Shown: in pieces, positions 49,693 to 58,314 of the stretch
Layout: every line of letters begins with the position of its first letter
How positions within the stretch are numbered: position 1 is the stretch's first letter
NCBI GenBank assembly: GCA_020429915.1
Contig: JAGQKV010000004.1
Span: forward strand, 132,833 to 196,832
Reading direction: 5' to 3'
DNA from: Candidatus Omnitrophota bacterium
GTDB taxonomy: Bacteria; Omnitrophota; Gorgyraeia; Zapsychrales; Zapsychraceae
DNA length: 64,000 nt
The notes under the pieces: generated by a model
Databases searched by the model: none
Seen by the model: only the letters and a program-made list of their open reading frames with translations
What the model was told of the DNA's origin: nothing
Made by a program: the position numbers and the translations under genes

Positions 49693-52600
49693 ACAGCAAA
49701 TACCCGCTGACCCGGTGATCCGGGAAAAGCCGGGACATGATATCGATGTAGGATTTCACCTGTGCCTGTTCACGCGCGGGGTCAAGCCCGGAGCTTTTGT
49801 AATCGAGGATCCGGACCTCGTCGGACGTCACAATAATCCGGTCCATCCGTCTGGTGTGGCCGTGCCGGTCAACCACCTCATACTCCGTGTAAACCTTCCC
49901 TTCTCCCACGGCAAAGATCCAATGGAGCGCGGGTTCCGCCATAATGCCGTCTATCCGGGCCGTTATCTCATGGGCCCACGTCGCCTCCGGGTGGAGGCTC
50001 AACACCTCGGACGCCGCCCGGCGGGCGGCCTCCGGAAGGTCGGCCGCCTGAGTGCAGACAACACGTGACAGGATGTCATGCATAACCGTGCCTTTCAAGC
50101 GGGCCTCGAAATGATCCGCCCGCTGATAGGCCAAATGTTCGTCCTCAAGGAAGGTAATCCAATCCTGATGCTCCGCGCGCTCCAGTGGCAGCAGGGCCTG
50201 TGGGGCCTCCTTGGCCCGCAGGTCGTAAACCGCCTTTTGACCGGACTCGGCTGATTCCTCGGGCAGCAAGAGATTGGCCAGGTTGAATCCCTGCCCGGCC
50301 TTACCCGGCAGGCAGATATAGAGTTCATGACTGGCCCGGGTAAGGGCCACATACACATTGTTCAGTTCGGAAACTAAGGCATCCACATATTCCCCACGAT
50401 ACACCCGGTAAAGTTCATCCGAGTACAGATAATAGGTATTCTTCAGGCGCAGCAATCGCATCCGGTTGTCGATCCGCTGAAGCAAATAGGATTGTGCAGC
50501 ATCGCTGGTTTTGCCGCCCACCTTTATCTCCATCTTCAGAAACGGAAGCAAGACCACTGGGAACTCGAGCCCTTTTGACTTGTGGACGGTCAGCACCTTG
50601 ACCGCGTCCAGCCCCGGCATCCGGGCATAGAGGTCCTCCCCGCGCAACTCTTCATAATATTCCAGGAACGACACGATGTCGGAATGCTCCTCCTCCCGTT
50701 TCTTGATCAATTCCAGCAAAAGCATAAAGAACCCCTGGTCCCCCGGAAAATACTGCAGACAGCGCAACCGCTCAAAAAGAGTGATCACCAACTCGTACAG
50801 GGGATAAAGCCCGACATTCCGGTAAAGGTCATCAAGATAACGCCCCCAAACCTCGGGGTACGCCCGCCGGAAGGCTTGGTACAGATAGAAGCCCCGCTGG
50901 CCCTTTAATTCCAGGCGATGCTGAAACACAAATTCCCGCATGGCCTCCCGGGTCAATCCACACCCCCGGGCGCAGATCTCACCCATCAAGAATTCGGCAA
51001 AGGCCATATTGTCCACGGGCGAGCTGAGAAAGGTCAATAAGGCGATAATCTCCCGCACCCGGTCGTTGTCTTTAATATTGGACGTCCGTTCCGAATCGAC
51101 CGGGATCCCTTCTTCCAGCAACCACGTGGTGACGGTCTCCACTTTGGAATTCTCACGGGTGAGTATGGCAATATCCCGCCATGCGAAGCGCTGCCTCAAT
51201 TCCTCAAGCGTCTGCAGAATGTACTCGCGGGTTTCCTCCAACCGTTCACTGCCGCTGTCGGCATCCATCCGCCGGACCTCCACATAACCGCCGTCCCGTC
51301 CGGGTTGCCAGGATTGTTGTGCGCCGGCGAAGATATTCTCCAGCCGCCGATAGTCATCGCCGTGCAACTCCACACGGACCTTATTCTTCCGCTCGCGCTG
51401 CTCCTTGGCCTGCACGAAACGTTGGAGATTCTCCAAAGAAAAAATATGATTATTGAATTCAACCACCGCCCGCTGACTGCGGTAATTATTGGAAAGTGAC
51501 TCCTGACGCGCGTAGTCCGCGTATTCCTTCTGCAATTCATCGAACAGGGTAACGTCTCCGCCCCGGAAACCATAGATCGCCTGCTTACGGTCACCCACAT
51601 AAAACAGAGAGCCACCGTTGGCCAGGGCCTCCTCCGGCATCATCCTCAAATTAAGCCACTGCAAGCGGCTGGTATCCTGAAATTCGTCAATCAAGAAATG
51701 CTGCAGGCGGGTGGCCAAACGAAAATAGAGCTCTTCCACGGTCACGCCATCGGCATCGAACAGGCGCCGGGCTTTGCGGTTCAATTCTTCCAAGAATAGG
51801 ACGTCATCCACTGCCGCAAAACGGTCGAAGGCCTTCATGACTTGGGAAAACACTTCGATGTAAGGATTGTAAAGACTGTAAGCCTCCTGCAAACACAGCC
51901 GGTGGATATCCTGCTGGATATCTTCCCAGCCGAGATAAACATCGCGCCGGGCATCTGCGCCTTTGTTTAACGGTGGCTCTTCCGCATGAAAACTCGGCAG
52001 ATTATCAATATCAAAGGAATAGCTGTGGTCCTTCAGAAAGCGGTCCAAGGATTTCTTGAAGCGCGCGTTTGTTTTCTCGGGCAACATGGCTTGCCATGTC
52101 CTAATTTTTTCCAGCAACCGATGTTTGGCCTTACTCACATCAGCCGCGACCACACCGCTGGGCGCGAACGGGATGCCGTAGTGATTCAGCTGTCCATACA
52201 ATCCTTTGACCACATCCAGCATATCCTTTTTGGGAAACCAACCGGTGCGGTTTTCTAAATACAGGTAGTTTTCCAGAAAATCTTCAAACAATCGCAACAG
52301 CCCGCTGTCCTGTGCGGACTGATCAATCAGCCGATCCAAACTGTACTCCAAATATTCATGAGCGGTTGTTTTAATTTTAAATCGGGACGTCAGGCCGACC
52401 TTAAACGCACATCCGGACAACAAAGTGTTGATAAATTTGTCGATGGTCTGCACCTGAAAGAAATGATAATGGTGGATGATGCCATCCATCAATTGGTAGG
52501 CCAAACGGGCGGCCTGATCGTGATCCATGGACAGCGGTGCGAGAATATTCTGAGAGTCGTGCGGAGGCAACCGGTCAAGGGCAATACCCTTGAGAAAATA

Positions 52601-52822
52601 AAGGATCCGCTCTTTCATTTCAAAAGCGGCTTTATTGGTGAAGGTAAGAGCTAAGATTGCCTGGGAAGGCTGAGCCGCCCCGCGGTCCGCTTCGCTGAGT
52701 AGGAGCTGAACGTACCGCTTGGCCAAGGCATAGGTCTTGCCGGAGCCGGCTGAGGCCTCTACCACCAAGACCTCGGGTGAGGCAAAGACTTGGTCGGCAG
52801 GGATGGATGGAGAACGACTCAT
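49655..52822 (-). CDS. AddA-like UvrD/REP helicase-nuclease
   Basis: 1055 aa with Walker A EASAGSGKTYAL, UvrD helicase motifs, and a C-terminal RecB nuclease (GTVMHDIL…DRIIVTSDEVRILDYKSS…QVKSYIDIM). Confidence 0.8.
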   Translation of the reverse strand: MSRSPSIPADQVFASPEVLVVEASAGSGKTYALAKRYVQLLLSEADRGAAQPSQAILALTFTNKAAFEMKERILYFLKGIALDRLPPHDSQNILAPLSMDHDQAARLAYQLMDGIIHHYHFFQVQTIDKFINTLLSGCAFKVGLTSRFKIKTTAHEYLEYSLDRLIDQSAQDSGLLRLFEDFLENYLYLENRTGWFPKKDMLDVVKGLYGQLNHYGIPFAPSGVVAADVSKAKHRLLEKIRTWQAMLPEKTNARFKKSLDRFLKDHSYSFDIDNLPSFHAEEPPLNKGADARRDVYLGWEDIQQDIHRLCLQEAYSLYNPYIEVFSQVMKAFDRFAAVDDVLFLEELNRKARRLFDADGVTVEELYFRLATRLQHFLIDEFQDTSRLQWLNLRMMPEEALANGGSLFYVGDRKQAIYGFRGGDVTLFDELQKEYADYARQESLSNNYRSQRAVVEFNNHIFSLENLQRFVQAKEQRERKNKVRVELHGDDYRRLENIFAGAQQSWQPGRDGGYVEVRRMDADSGSERLEETREYILQTLEELRQRFAWRDIAILTRENSKVETVTTWLLEEGIPVDSERTSNIKDNDRVREIIALLTFLSSPVDNMAFAEFLMGEICARGCGLTREAMREFVFQHRLELKGQRGFYLYQAFRRAYPEVWGRYLDDLYRNVGLYPLYELVITLFERLRCLQYFPGDQGFFMLLLELIKKREEEHSDIVSFLEYYEELRGEDLYARMPGLDAVKVLTVHKSKGLEFPVVLLPFLKMEIKVGGKTSDAAQSYLLQRIDNRMRLLRLKNTYYLYSDELYRVYRGEYVDALVSELNNVYVALTRASHELYICLPGKAGQGFNLANLLLPEESAESGQKAVYDLRAKEAPQALLPLERAEHQDWITFLEDEHLAYQRADHFEARLKGTVMHDILSRVVCTQAADLPEAARRAASEVLSLHPEATWAHEITARIDGIMAEPALHWIFAVGEGKVYTEYEVVDRHGHTRRMDRIIVTSDEVRILDYKSSGLDPAREQAQVKSYIDIMSRLFPDHRVSGYLLYADSLEVVAVDG

Positions 52823-52932
52823 AAGGATATCGGATAGTGTGACTGATGTCGGGATGCGGACGCCCCGGGTTTGTGACCGCTCACATTATACTGAATACAG
52901 CCGCTCCTGAAAATAGCGGAGTCATCTCCGGG

Positions 52933-52972
52933 GCAAAAAAAAGGCCCCGTTTCCGCATGCGGAAACAGGGCC
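52933..52972 (-). terminator. rho-independent terminator (minus strand)
   Basis: The minus strand reads GGCCCTGTTTCCGCATGCGGAAACGGGGCC, a GC-rich hairpin, followed by TTTTTTTT. It lies about 25 nt after the sORF stop and upstream of the addA promoter. Confidence 0.8.
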
Positions 52973-52995
52973 AACGAAACAAAATCTATTTCTGA

Positions 52996-53085
52996 CTACA
53001 AAAGAACGTTAGACTCATCCCAGGAAAAGATTTCCCTTTCCTCGTTTGACGTCTGAATCGGCTTGTCTTCTTTCCATTCTGCCAT
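52996..53085 (-). CDS. unannotated 29-aa acidic small ORF with a canonical SD
   Basis: The sequence GGAGGcatattATG encodes MAEWKEDKPIQTSNEEREIFSWDESNVLL followed by TAG. It is preceded by TTGCAA-N16-TATATT (53177..53150) and followed by the terminator above. It is below the ORF-track length cutoff. Confidence 0.35.
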   Translation of the reverse strand: MAEWKEDKPIQTSNEEREIFSWDESNVLL

Positions 53086-53284
53086 AATATGCCTCCATTC
53101 GTTTGAACTACCTGAGCTAAGTAAGAATGTCTTACCAAAGGTAAAGAAAAATATATACCATCTGGTAGAAATTGCAAGGCATTTTTTTGGCTGGAATGTA
53201 ATTTATTGTAATATATTCACTTACGTCTCAAGACAAAAAATCAGATCCAGCCCCACTCTGAATGTCGTCACTCCTCCCTGCCGA

Positions 53285-53449
53285 CTATTTCTTGCCTACC
53301 AGGAAGTACAGAATGAGGCCGATTAAAGGCAAAAATACAATGACAGCCGCCCACAGCCCTTTGCGCATCATGTCCTTGTCCGCCTTGAATAAATCGACAA
53401 GGGCCAAGGCATCAAGTATAACGATGGCCGCAATGAATACAGGTCCCAT
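53285..53449 (-). CDS. PLDc_N-type small membrane protein
   Basis: A 54-aa ORF missed by the track: MGPVFIAAIVILDALALVDLFKADKDMMRKGLWAAVIVFLPLIGLILYFLVGKK. It has two TM helices and the LPLIG…LY…GKK signature. An AAGGAGA SD is present. It lies 20 nt downstream of the YkgJ-like gene. Confidence 0.6.
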   Translation of the reverse strand: MGPVFIAAIVILDALALVDLFKADKDMMRKGLWAAVIVFLPLIGLILYFLVGKK

Positions 53450-53469
53450 ATGATCTCCTTATAATCTGG

Positions 53470-53769
53470 TTACTCCGTCCTATTCTTGTATCCGCAACAC
53501 CGGTCCCCAGGCCAGGATTTATGAAGGATATCCCGGATCGGCACGCAGCGTAATGGCTCTCCGTTGACCGTCTGATGCCAGCCGAACCGATTCTGATAAA
53601 CCGCGCAGCAGTATCTACCGCTGCCGTCCACTTGCAGATGTTCGCAGGGATCCCCTTCCGCGGCACCGCAGCAGGCGCCGCAGCGGGAACACAACGCCTC
53701 CCACTTACGCTCCTGATCAACGCGCCACTTGAGGTAGCTAGATTCGGTAAATGATTCTTTGGTCGTCAT
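53470..53769 (-). CDS. YkgJ-family cysteine-cluster protein (CxxCxxCC)
   Basis: 99 aa containing CSRCGACCG and four further Cys/His (CEH…CCAV…C…CC). Putative Fe-S/Zn-binding. Confidence 0.6.
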   Translation of the reverse strand: MTTKESFTESSYLKWRVDQERKWEALCSRCGACCGAAEGDPCEHLQVDGSGRYCCAVYQNRFGWHQTVNGEPLRCVPIRDILHKSWPGDRCCGYKNRTE

Positions 53770-53793
53770 CGGTTTTGTTCCGCAGCACCCCGC

Positions 53794-56289
53794 TCATGAT
53801 CGTCCGTCCGCATTCATGAGTTTACGAGCCCGCTCAAGATTATTGATGGCATCCTGACGTTCCGGGTTTATTTCCAGCGCGCGCAAGAACATCCCTTCGG
53901 CTTCCTTATACTTTTTCTGTTTGCCATAAACGATTCCCAGACCGTTCAAGGCATTGGCAAACTTCGGGTCCACTTGAAGTGCTTGCAAATAATGTTTCTC
54001 GGCATCTTTCATGTTTCCGGTTGCGTCATTCAGCATCCCCAAATTATTGTGAGTTTCCTTGTGCGCGGGATTGATCGCTAACGCCTTGTTGTATTGCTCC
54101 CGGGCCTTGTCAAATTTGTTCTGCTTGGCATATACCAATCCCAAGTTGTTGTGCGCGCTGTAATCAGAGGGATTGATTTCCAGGGCGCGCTGGAACAATT
54201 GCTCCGCTTCAACGAACCGGTTCTGTTGCGCGTAAAGAATAGCAAGGTTATTTATCGCTTGCGGGTGATTGGGATCGTAGCGCACCGCGTCCTGGTAGTG
54301 CCGTATCGCCTGCCCCCAGCGTTGTTGCTTCGCAAACGCGAAGGCGAGATTAAAATGCGCATCAGCAAAGTCCGGTTTAATACGCAGAGCGGAACGGAAC
54401 AACTCCATCGCTTCGTCACCTTTGCCCAACCGGCCGTATAAAATACCCAGATTGTTCATCACTGAATAATTGTCAGGCTCAACCATCAGCACCTGGCGAT
54501 AATTCTCTATCGCGGATTGCAGCTCCCCTTCCCTCCCCATCATCGATCCCAGATTATTCTTGGCCGCGGCATAATTCGGATCGTACTTAAGGGCCAGTTG
54601 AAAATACTCCCGGGCCTGTTGATTCTGACGGCGCGCCTGCGCTATCAATCCCAGATTGTAATAGGCCTTGGGCATCTCGGGATGGAGACTCAATGCCCGG
54701 TTAACAAATTGCTCCGCTTTTTCGTACTGCTCCATATCGATGTACAAAGCGCCCAGGTTGTTGTAGGTCGGCGCGAAATCCGGGCGCACTCCGAGGGCCT
54801 TGTGGTAATAGGCCAGAGCCTCGTCCATACGATCCAGCTTGGTCATACAGACCGCGTAGTTATGATAACCCTTCACGAACCGGGGATCGATTTCAATAGA
54901 ACGCCGGAAATATTCAGCCGCCTCGGCATACCGTTCCTGCTGACTGAGAATCTTGCCGAGATTATTGTAGGCCTTTGTGTATTGTGGATTGATGCGGATA
55001 ATGCGCTTGTAAAAAGCAATGGGATCCCGCCAGACGAAATTCTGCCGGTAGGCGGTTAAACTGAGCATAATCAAAACGGCTATGATTCCGGCCGTGGCAT
55101 ACGGACGCCAGACCGGCCGCGCGGCCCACAAAGACAGCGCATGCGCCAATAAGGCCAGCAATCCCATGGCCGGCAGATACAACCAGTGCTCAGCCATGTA
55201 GGCATTGACCGGGTATAGGTTCATTACGGGTAAAAGGGCAATCAGATACCATGCCAGAAAGAAACTCACCAGCGGCCGGCGTCCCCGCATAAACACAGCC
55301 ACTCCCACCAGCCCCGTCCATAGAACCAGCCCCTTCCAGACCAACGGGTCACGCCACGTAAAAAGCTTCTGACCGTATCCCATAAAGAGATCACGGGGAA
55401 ATAGTAATGTCTTAAGATAGAGCGCCTGAGAGGCAAAGGCCCCGGGCACTCTTTGCAGCAGGATCGTTTGTGTTTTCTCATGCATATCCGCCACCCCGAT
55501 AACATTAAACAACCGCAGCCCGAGATATCCCAACGCCAATCCCGACAGCATGAAATACAGCTCCTTGTTCATCACCTTGCGAAACACCAGATGATAGGCT
55601 CCGATCAACAGCGGAAGAATCAATGCGGACTCTTTGGAAAGCAAGGCCGCCACAAAGCAAACCACGCACACTAGATATTCACCAAGCCGGATGCTGTCCG
55701 AATAACGCAGGTAAAAGGTGAAGGCGAGCAAAACAAAGACGGCCATCACGGGATCCGCCCGCCCGGAAATGTAGGCCACTGCTTCATTGTGAACGGGGTG
55801 AATGATAAACAGAACTCCCGCCAGCAAGGCAGTCAGCCGATTTCGGGTAATCGCAGCAACAAATCCACAGAACGACAGTGCCGCAGCGACATGCCACAAG
55901 ATACTGGTTAAATGAAAGCCTTTCGGGTTCATCCCCCACACTTCATAGTCGATCAGGTAGGAGAGCATCTGGAGCGGGCGGTAAAATGAAGACTGTTCAA
56001 CGATATTTCCGGCGAATAGATGAGGCAGGTTCGACCAGCCACGAACGACGGGATTATGGATGATCAGTTCGTAATCATCCCAAATGAAGGGATTTGGCAG
56101 GGCCGAACCATATACCAGCAGTCCGAGCACCACCAGAACCAGCACGGCCAAACGCGCGAAGACAGCGGGCCGGTTGAGGAAAAACGTACGCTTGAGCGTC
56201 TTGAAGAATTCGGATCTCACTGAAAGAGGGGGGTTGGTATTTACCGGTCGATAGTTGGCATTATATCGTAAAAACCCGGCGGGCGACAC
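53794..56289 (-). CDS. polytopic membrane protein with an ArnT/PMT-like glycosyltransferase-fold N-domain and C-terminal TPR repeats
   Basis: 831 aa. It has roughly 11 TM segments in the first 420 aa (DD motif near IWDDYELI), followed by at least 10 TPR units (A-x-x-Y-x-N-L-G periodicity). Confidence 0.65.
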   Translation of the reverse strand: MSPAGFLRYNANYRPVNTNPPLSVRSEFFKTLKRTFFLNRPAVFARLAVLVLVVLGLLVYGSALPNPFIWDDYELIIHNPVVRGWSNLPHLFAGNIVEQSSFYRPLQMLSYLIDYEVWGMNPKGFHLTSILWHVAAALSFCGFVAAITRNRLTALLAGVLFIIHPVHNEAVAYISGRADPVMAVFVLLAFTFYLRYSDSIRLGEYLVCVVCFVAALLSKESALILPLLIGAYHLVFRKVMNKELYFMLSGLALGYLGLRLFNVIGVADMHEKTQTILLQRVPGAFASQALYLKTLLFPRDLFMGYGQKLFTWRDPLVWKGLVLWTGLVGVAVFMRGRRPLVSFFLAWYLIALLPVMNLYPVNAYMAEHWLYLPAMGLLALLAHALSLWAARPVWRPYATAGIIAVLIMLSLTAYRQNFVWRDPIAFYKRIIRINPQYTKAYNNLGKILSQQERYAEAAEYFRRSIEIDPRFVKGYHNYAVCMTKLDRMDEALAYYHKALGVRPDFAPTYNNLGALYIDMEQYEKAEQFVNRALSLHPEMPKAYYNLGLIAQARRQNQQAREYFQLALKYDPNYAAAKNNLGSMMGREGELQSAIENYRQVLMVEPDNYSVMNNLGILYGRLGKGDEAMELFRSALRIKPDFADAHFNLAFAFAKQQRWGQAIRHYQDAVRYDPNHPQAINNLAILYAQQNRFVEAEQLFQRALEINPSDYSAHNNLGLVYAKQNKFDKAREQYNKALAINPAHKETHNNLGMLNDATGNMKDAEKHYLQALQVDPKFANALNGLGIVYGKQKKYKEAEGMFLRALEINPERQDAINNLERARKLMNADGRS

Positions 56290-56291
56290 AT

Positions 56292-56321
56292 AAAAAAAGC
56301 GGCCCCCATTGCGGGGGCCGC
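56292..56321 (-). terminator. rho-independent terminator after the MscS-N-like gene
   Basis: The minus strand reads GCGGCCCCCGCAATGGGGGCCGC (9-bp stem) followed by TTTTTTT. Confidence 0.8.
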
Positions 56322-56345
56322 TGAAAATACTTGCCTGACGTTCCC

Positions 56346-57008
56346 TTACTTCGCCGTCTTGTCCAAAACCCCGAGATACTTGGCGGCCACGTCTTTTCCC
56401 GCCAGCCCGAAGGCTAAGGCCAAAGCGAATACAATACCTGTTAGGAAGATCGAATAGTTTGCCCCGGAGAAGAGGCCGACAAATCCGATCTCTGTGAGGT
56501 AGATGATGGATACATAAATGATGATAGCCAGCTTGCTGAGCTTGGCCAGCGTTAACGGAATGGGCATATCCGTATTCTTCGCCGCGATATAAATGATCGT
56601 GGCAACGAATTTAGCCAGCAACATACCGAAGATCAGCACCACCACACCGGTGATCACATTGGGAATATAGGCTAACAGCCGGTCCAGCACGCCTGATACG
56701 GCGGCTACTCCCAACGCCTTCACTGACATGATGAGGACCATCACCATCATGACCCAGTAGGTCAGGCATCCCAAGACTGCGCTCGGTTTTTGGCGGACGC
56801 CCCCCTTCTTCAGGGCCTGAGTAATCCCCATCGACTCGGCTGCTTCGTCAAACGGCATGAACATCCGGACTACCAGCTTCTGGACGGCATGCGCGATGAT
56901 ACAGCCGATAAAGAGAATACCCAGGGCGATGAGCAGGGTGGGAATGAAGTCCGCCACCATGAGCGTCATTTCCCGGAACGGTTCCAAAATCAACACGTCA
57001 TACTTCAT
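56346..57008 (-). CDS. membrane protein with two 'conserved TM helix' repeats (MscS N-terminal-like, no channel domain)
   Basis: 220 aa with two repeated IPxLLxALGILFIG / IPNVITGVVVLIFG units and an AAGGAGGG SD. Confidence 0.45.
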   Translation of the reverse strand: MKYDVLILEPFREMTLMVADFIPTLLIALGILFIGCIIAHAVQKLVVRMFMPFDEAAESMGITQALKKGGVRQKPSAVLGCLTYWVMMVMVLIMSVKALGVAAVSGVLDRLLAYIPNVITGVVVLIFGMLLAKFVATIIYIAAKNTDMPIPLTLAKLSKLAIIIYVSIIYLTEIGFVGLFSGANYSIFLTGIVFALALAFGLAGKDVAAKYLGVLDKTAK

Positions 57009-57181
57009 AGCGATCCCCTCCTTTCACCCGAGGGCCGACGACCTGCCGGCGGTGGGCTTTTATTTTACCGCTGTCTTCACGTCCAACGCACATTGCTATT
57101 TCACTTCGCAGAACAATTTCCTGTCGCCCTTAAATTGTAACATTTCAACAATTTACTCCCAAGTTCACACGGCCCACTTAA

Positions 57182-57215
57182 AGAAAGGGCTTTCTTATTG
57201 GAGAAAGCCCTTTCT
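57182..57215. repeat. perfect 14-bp-arm inverted repeat (AGAAAGGGCTTTCT-tattgg-AGAAAGCCCTTTCT)
   Basis: Seen directly in sequence. It is centred in the 446-bp divergent intergenic region between the MscS-N-like gene and the TIGR04073-like gene. Confidence 0.9.
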
Positions 57216-57252
57216 CCCGGCGAGACACGCGCGGAATTCCGTCGGGCACCTA

Positions 57253-57279
57253 TTGACCTTGCGGGATATATGGTATACT
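57253..57279 (+). promoter_or_regulatory. candidate upstream promoter P1 (TTGACC-N15-TGgTATACT, extended −10)
   Basis: Plus-strand hexamers with a TGn extended −10 element. Confidence 0.35.
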
Positions 57280-57364
57280 TTCACTCAGAGTTCGTTGTTC
57301 TGTTACAATCCGCAACACTTTTCCAGTCATCCGGAACCAGGCCCACAGAATTTCTTCTAATAGA

Positions 57365-57392
57365 TTGACTTTTCACCCGCATCTGATATAAA
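57365..57392 (+). promoter_or_regulatory. sigma-70-type promoter P2 for the TIGR04073-like gene
   Basis: TTGACT-N16-TATAAA about 60 nt upstream of the ATG. An AAGGAGGG SD lies 5 nt before the start. Confidence 0.55.
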
Positions 57393-57454
57393 AGACTTAA
57401 GTTAGTGTAACACAAATATTTATGACATTATCGCAAACCCATCAAGGAGGGCAT

Positions 57455-57832
57455 ATGAAAAAAAACGCAATCATTCTATCGTTCTGTGCGGCACTGCTCC
57501 TGTGGAGCTCCCCCGGACACGCCATGGAGTTGAGCAAAACCGAGGACGCCGATTTTCATCGCGCGTGGGGTAAGTTCAAACGCGGCGTGGTCAATGTGCT
57601 GACTTCCCCGCTGGAGGTCCCCAAACAAGTTAAGATGGAGGTCAAGGAAAACTCGAGCAACGGCGGCGAGGCCGTCCTAGCCGGTGTCGGCGGGACAGTT
57701 AAGGGCTTGGCTTACTTTGCCGGAAGATTGACATCCGGACTGTGGGATATGGTGGGCTGCAATCTTGCCGTACCCGACGATTACCAGCCGATCATGTATC
57801 CGGAATATGTCGTCGAGTCGTGGAGCAAATAA
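57455..57832 (+). CDS. small secreted protein resembling the exosortase-system-associated TIGR04073 family
   Basis: 125 aa with a signal peptide (MKKNAIILSFCAALLLWSSPGHA) and then …FKRGVVNVLTSPLEVPKQV…GLAYFAGRLTSGLWDMVG…PDDYQPIMYPEYV. It is the only plus-strand gene in the window. Confidence 0.5.
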   Translation: MKKNAIILSFCAALLLWSSPGHAMELSKTEDADFHRAWGKFKRGVVNVLTSPLEVPKQVKMEVKENSSNGGEAVLAGVGGTVKGLAYFAGRLTSGLWDMVGCNLAVPDDYQPIMYPEYVVESWSK

Positions 57833-57847
57833 TACGATCCAAAATCA

Positions 57848-57876
57848 GGGGTGGTCTTCGCGGCCACCCCTTTTTT
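57848..57876 (+). terminator. rho-independent terminator (probably bidirectional)
   Basis: GGGGTGG-tcttcgcgg-CCACCCC followed by TTTTTT on the plus strand. On the minus strand the same hairpin follows the DUF1761 stop codon and is followed by TTTT. Confidence 0.75.
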
Positions 57877-58309
57877 ATTCCTGGCCGGACGCCAGGATTG
57901 CCCCGGCGACCGTCATGGCTACCAAATCTTTCCCCGCATCAATGAAAATCATACGCGTCATTCCCAAAAACGCATAATGCGTCGACAGCACGGTCAACAC
58001 CAGACCGAGCCACAACAGTACGGCAAGCTGAACGCCCCGGGCCAGCGTATTGGCCTTGGTCAAGACAATCAATCGGTTCAGAACCATGCACATCAGTATC
58101 GAACCCAAAATGGAAAGCACATACGGAGCGGTGCCGAGCCTGTCGGCAATCTGCTGCGAGGTGACGCCCAAATTCTCTGCCCACAGATTGCCGAATAACA
58201 CGGGTGAATACCACAGCGCACCAATCACCTGCATAATCACAACAACAATACCCAAAAGCATGTAATTGATCCTGCGCTTGTTATCCATTTCTCCCTCCCC
58301 TTTTCTCAA
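57875..58309 (-). CDS. DUF1761-like membrane protein
   Basis: 144 aa (the true start is probably an internal Met) with four TM segments and …ALWYSPVLFGNLWAE… resembling the DUF1761 core. Confidence 0.4.
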   Translation of the reverse strand: MRKGEGEMDNKRRINYMLLGIVVVIMQVIGALWYSPVLFGNLWAENLGVTSQQIADRLGTAPYVLSILGSILMCMVLNRLIVLTKANTLARGVQLAVLLWLGLVLTVLSTHYAFLGMTRMIFIDAGKDLVAMTVAGAILASGQE

Positions 58310-58314
58310 ACAGT

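Noticed and set aside
46858-52822. UvrD-helicase plus PD-(D/E)XK nuclease pair as a possible anti-phage defence system
   Set aside because: The domain order, sizes and RecB-nuclease motifs match AddAB-type recombination enzymes. The neighbours are housekeeping genes (yggS, proC) with no other defence-island genes, so a DNA-repair role is the parsimonious reading.
52986-53177. 63-aa minus-strand ORF from the track (MQFLPDGIYFSLPLVRHSYLAQVVQTNGG…)
   Set aside because: It has no SD and a non-protein-like composition. The same region contains, in another frame, a 29-aa ORF with a canonical SD. The 63-aa ORF would also begin inside the predicted promoter.
53262-53453. 63-aa plus-strand ORF
   Set aside because: It is antisense to the better-supported 54-aa PLDc_N-like gene (SD, TM helices, family signature).
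57020-57060. GC-rich segment followed by TTTTATTTT just upstream of the MscS-N-like start, a possible plus-strand terminator
   Set aside because: No plus-strand gene ends there. On the minus strand the same sequence is simply the 5' UTR and SD (AAGGAGGG) of the MscS-N-like gene.
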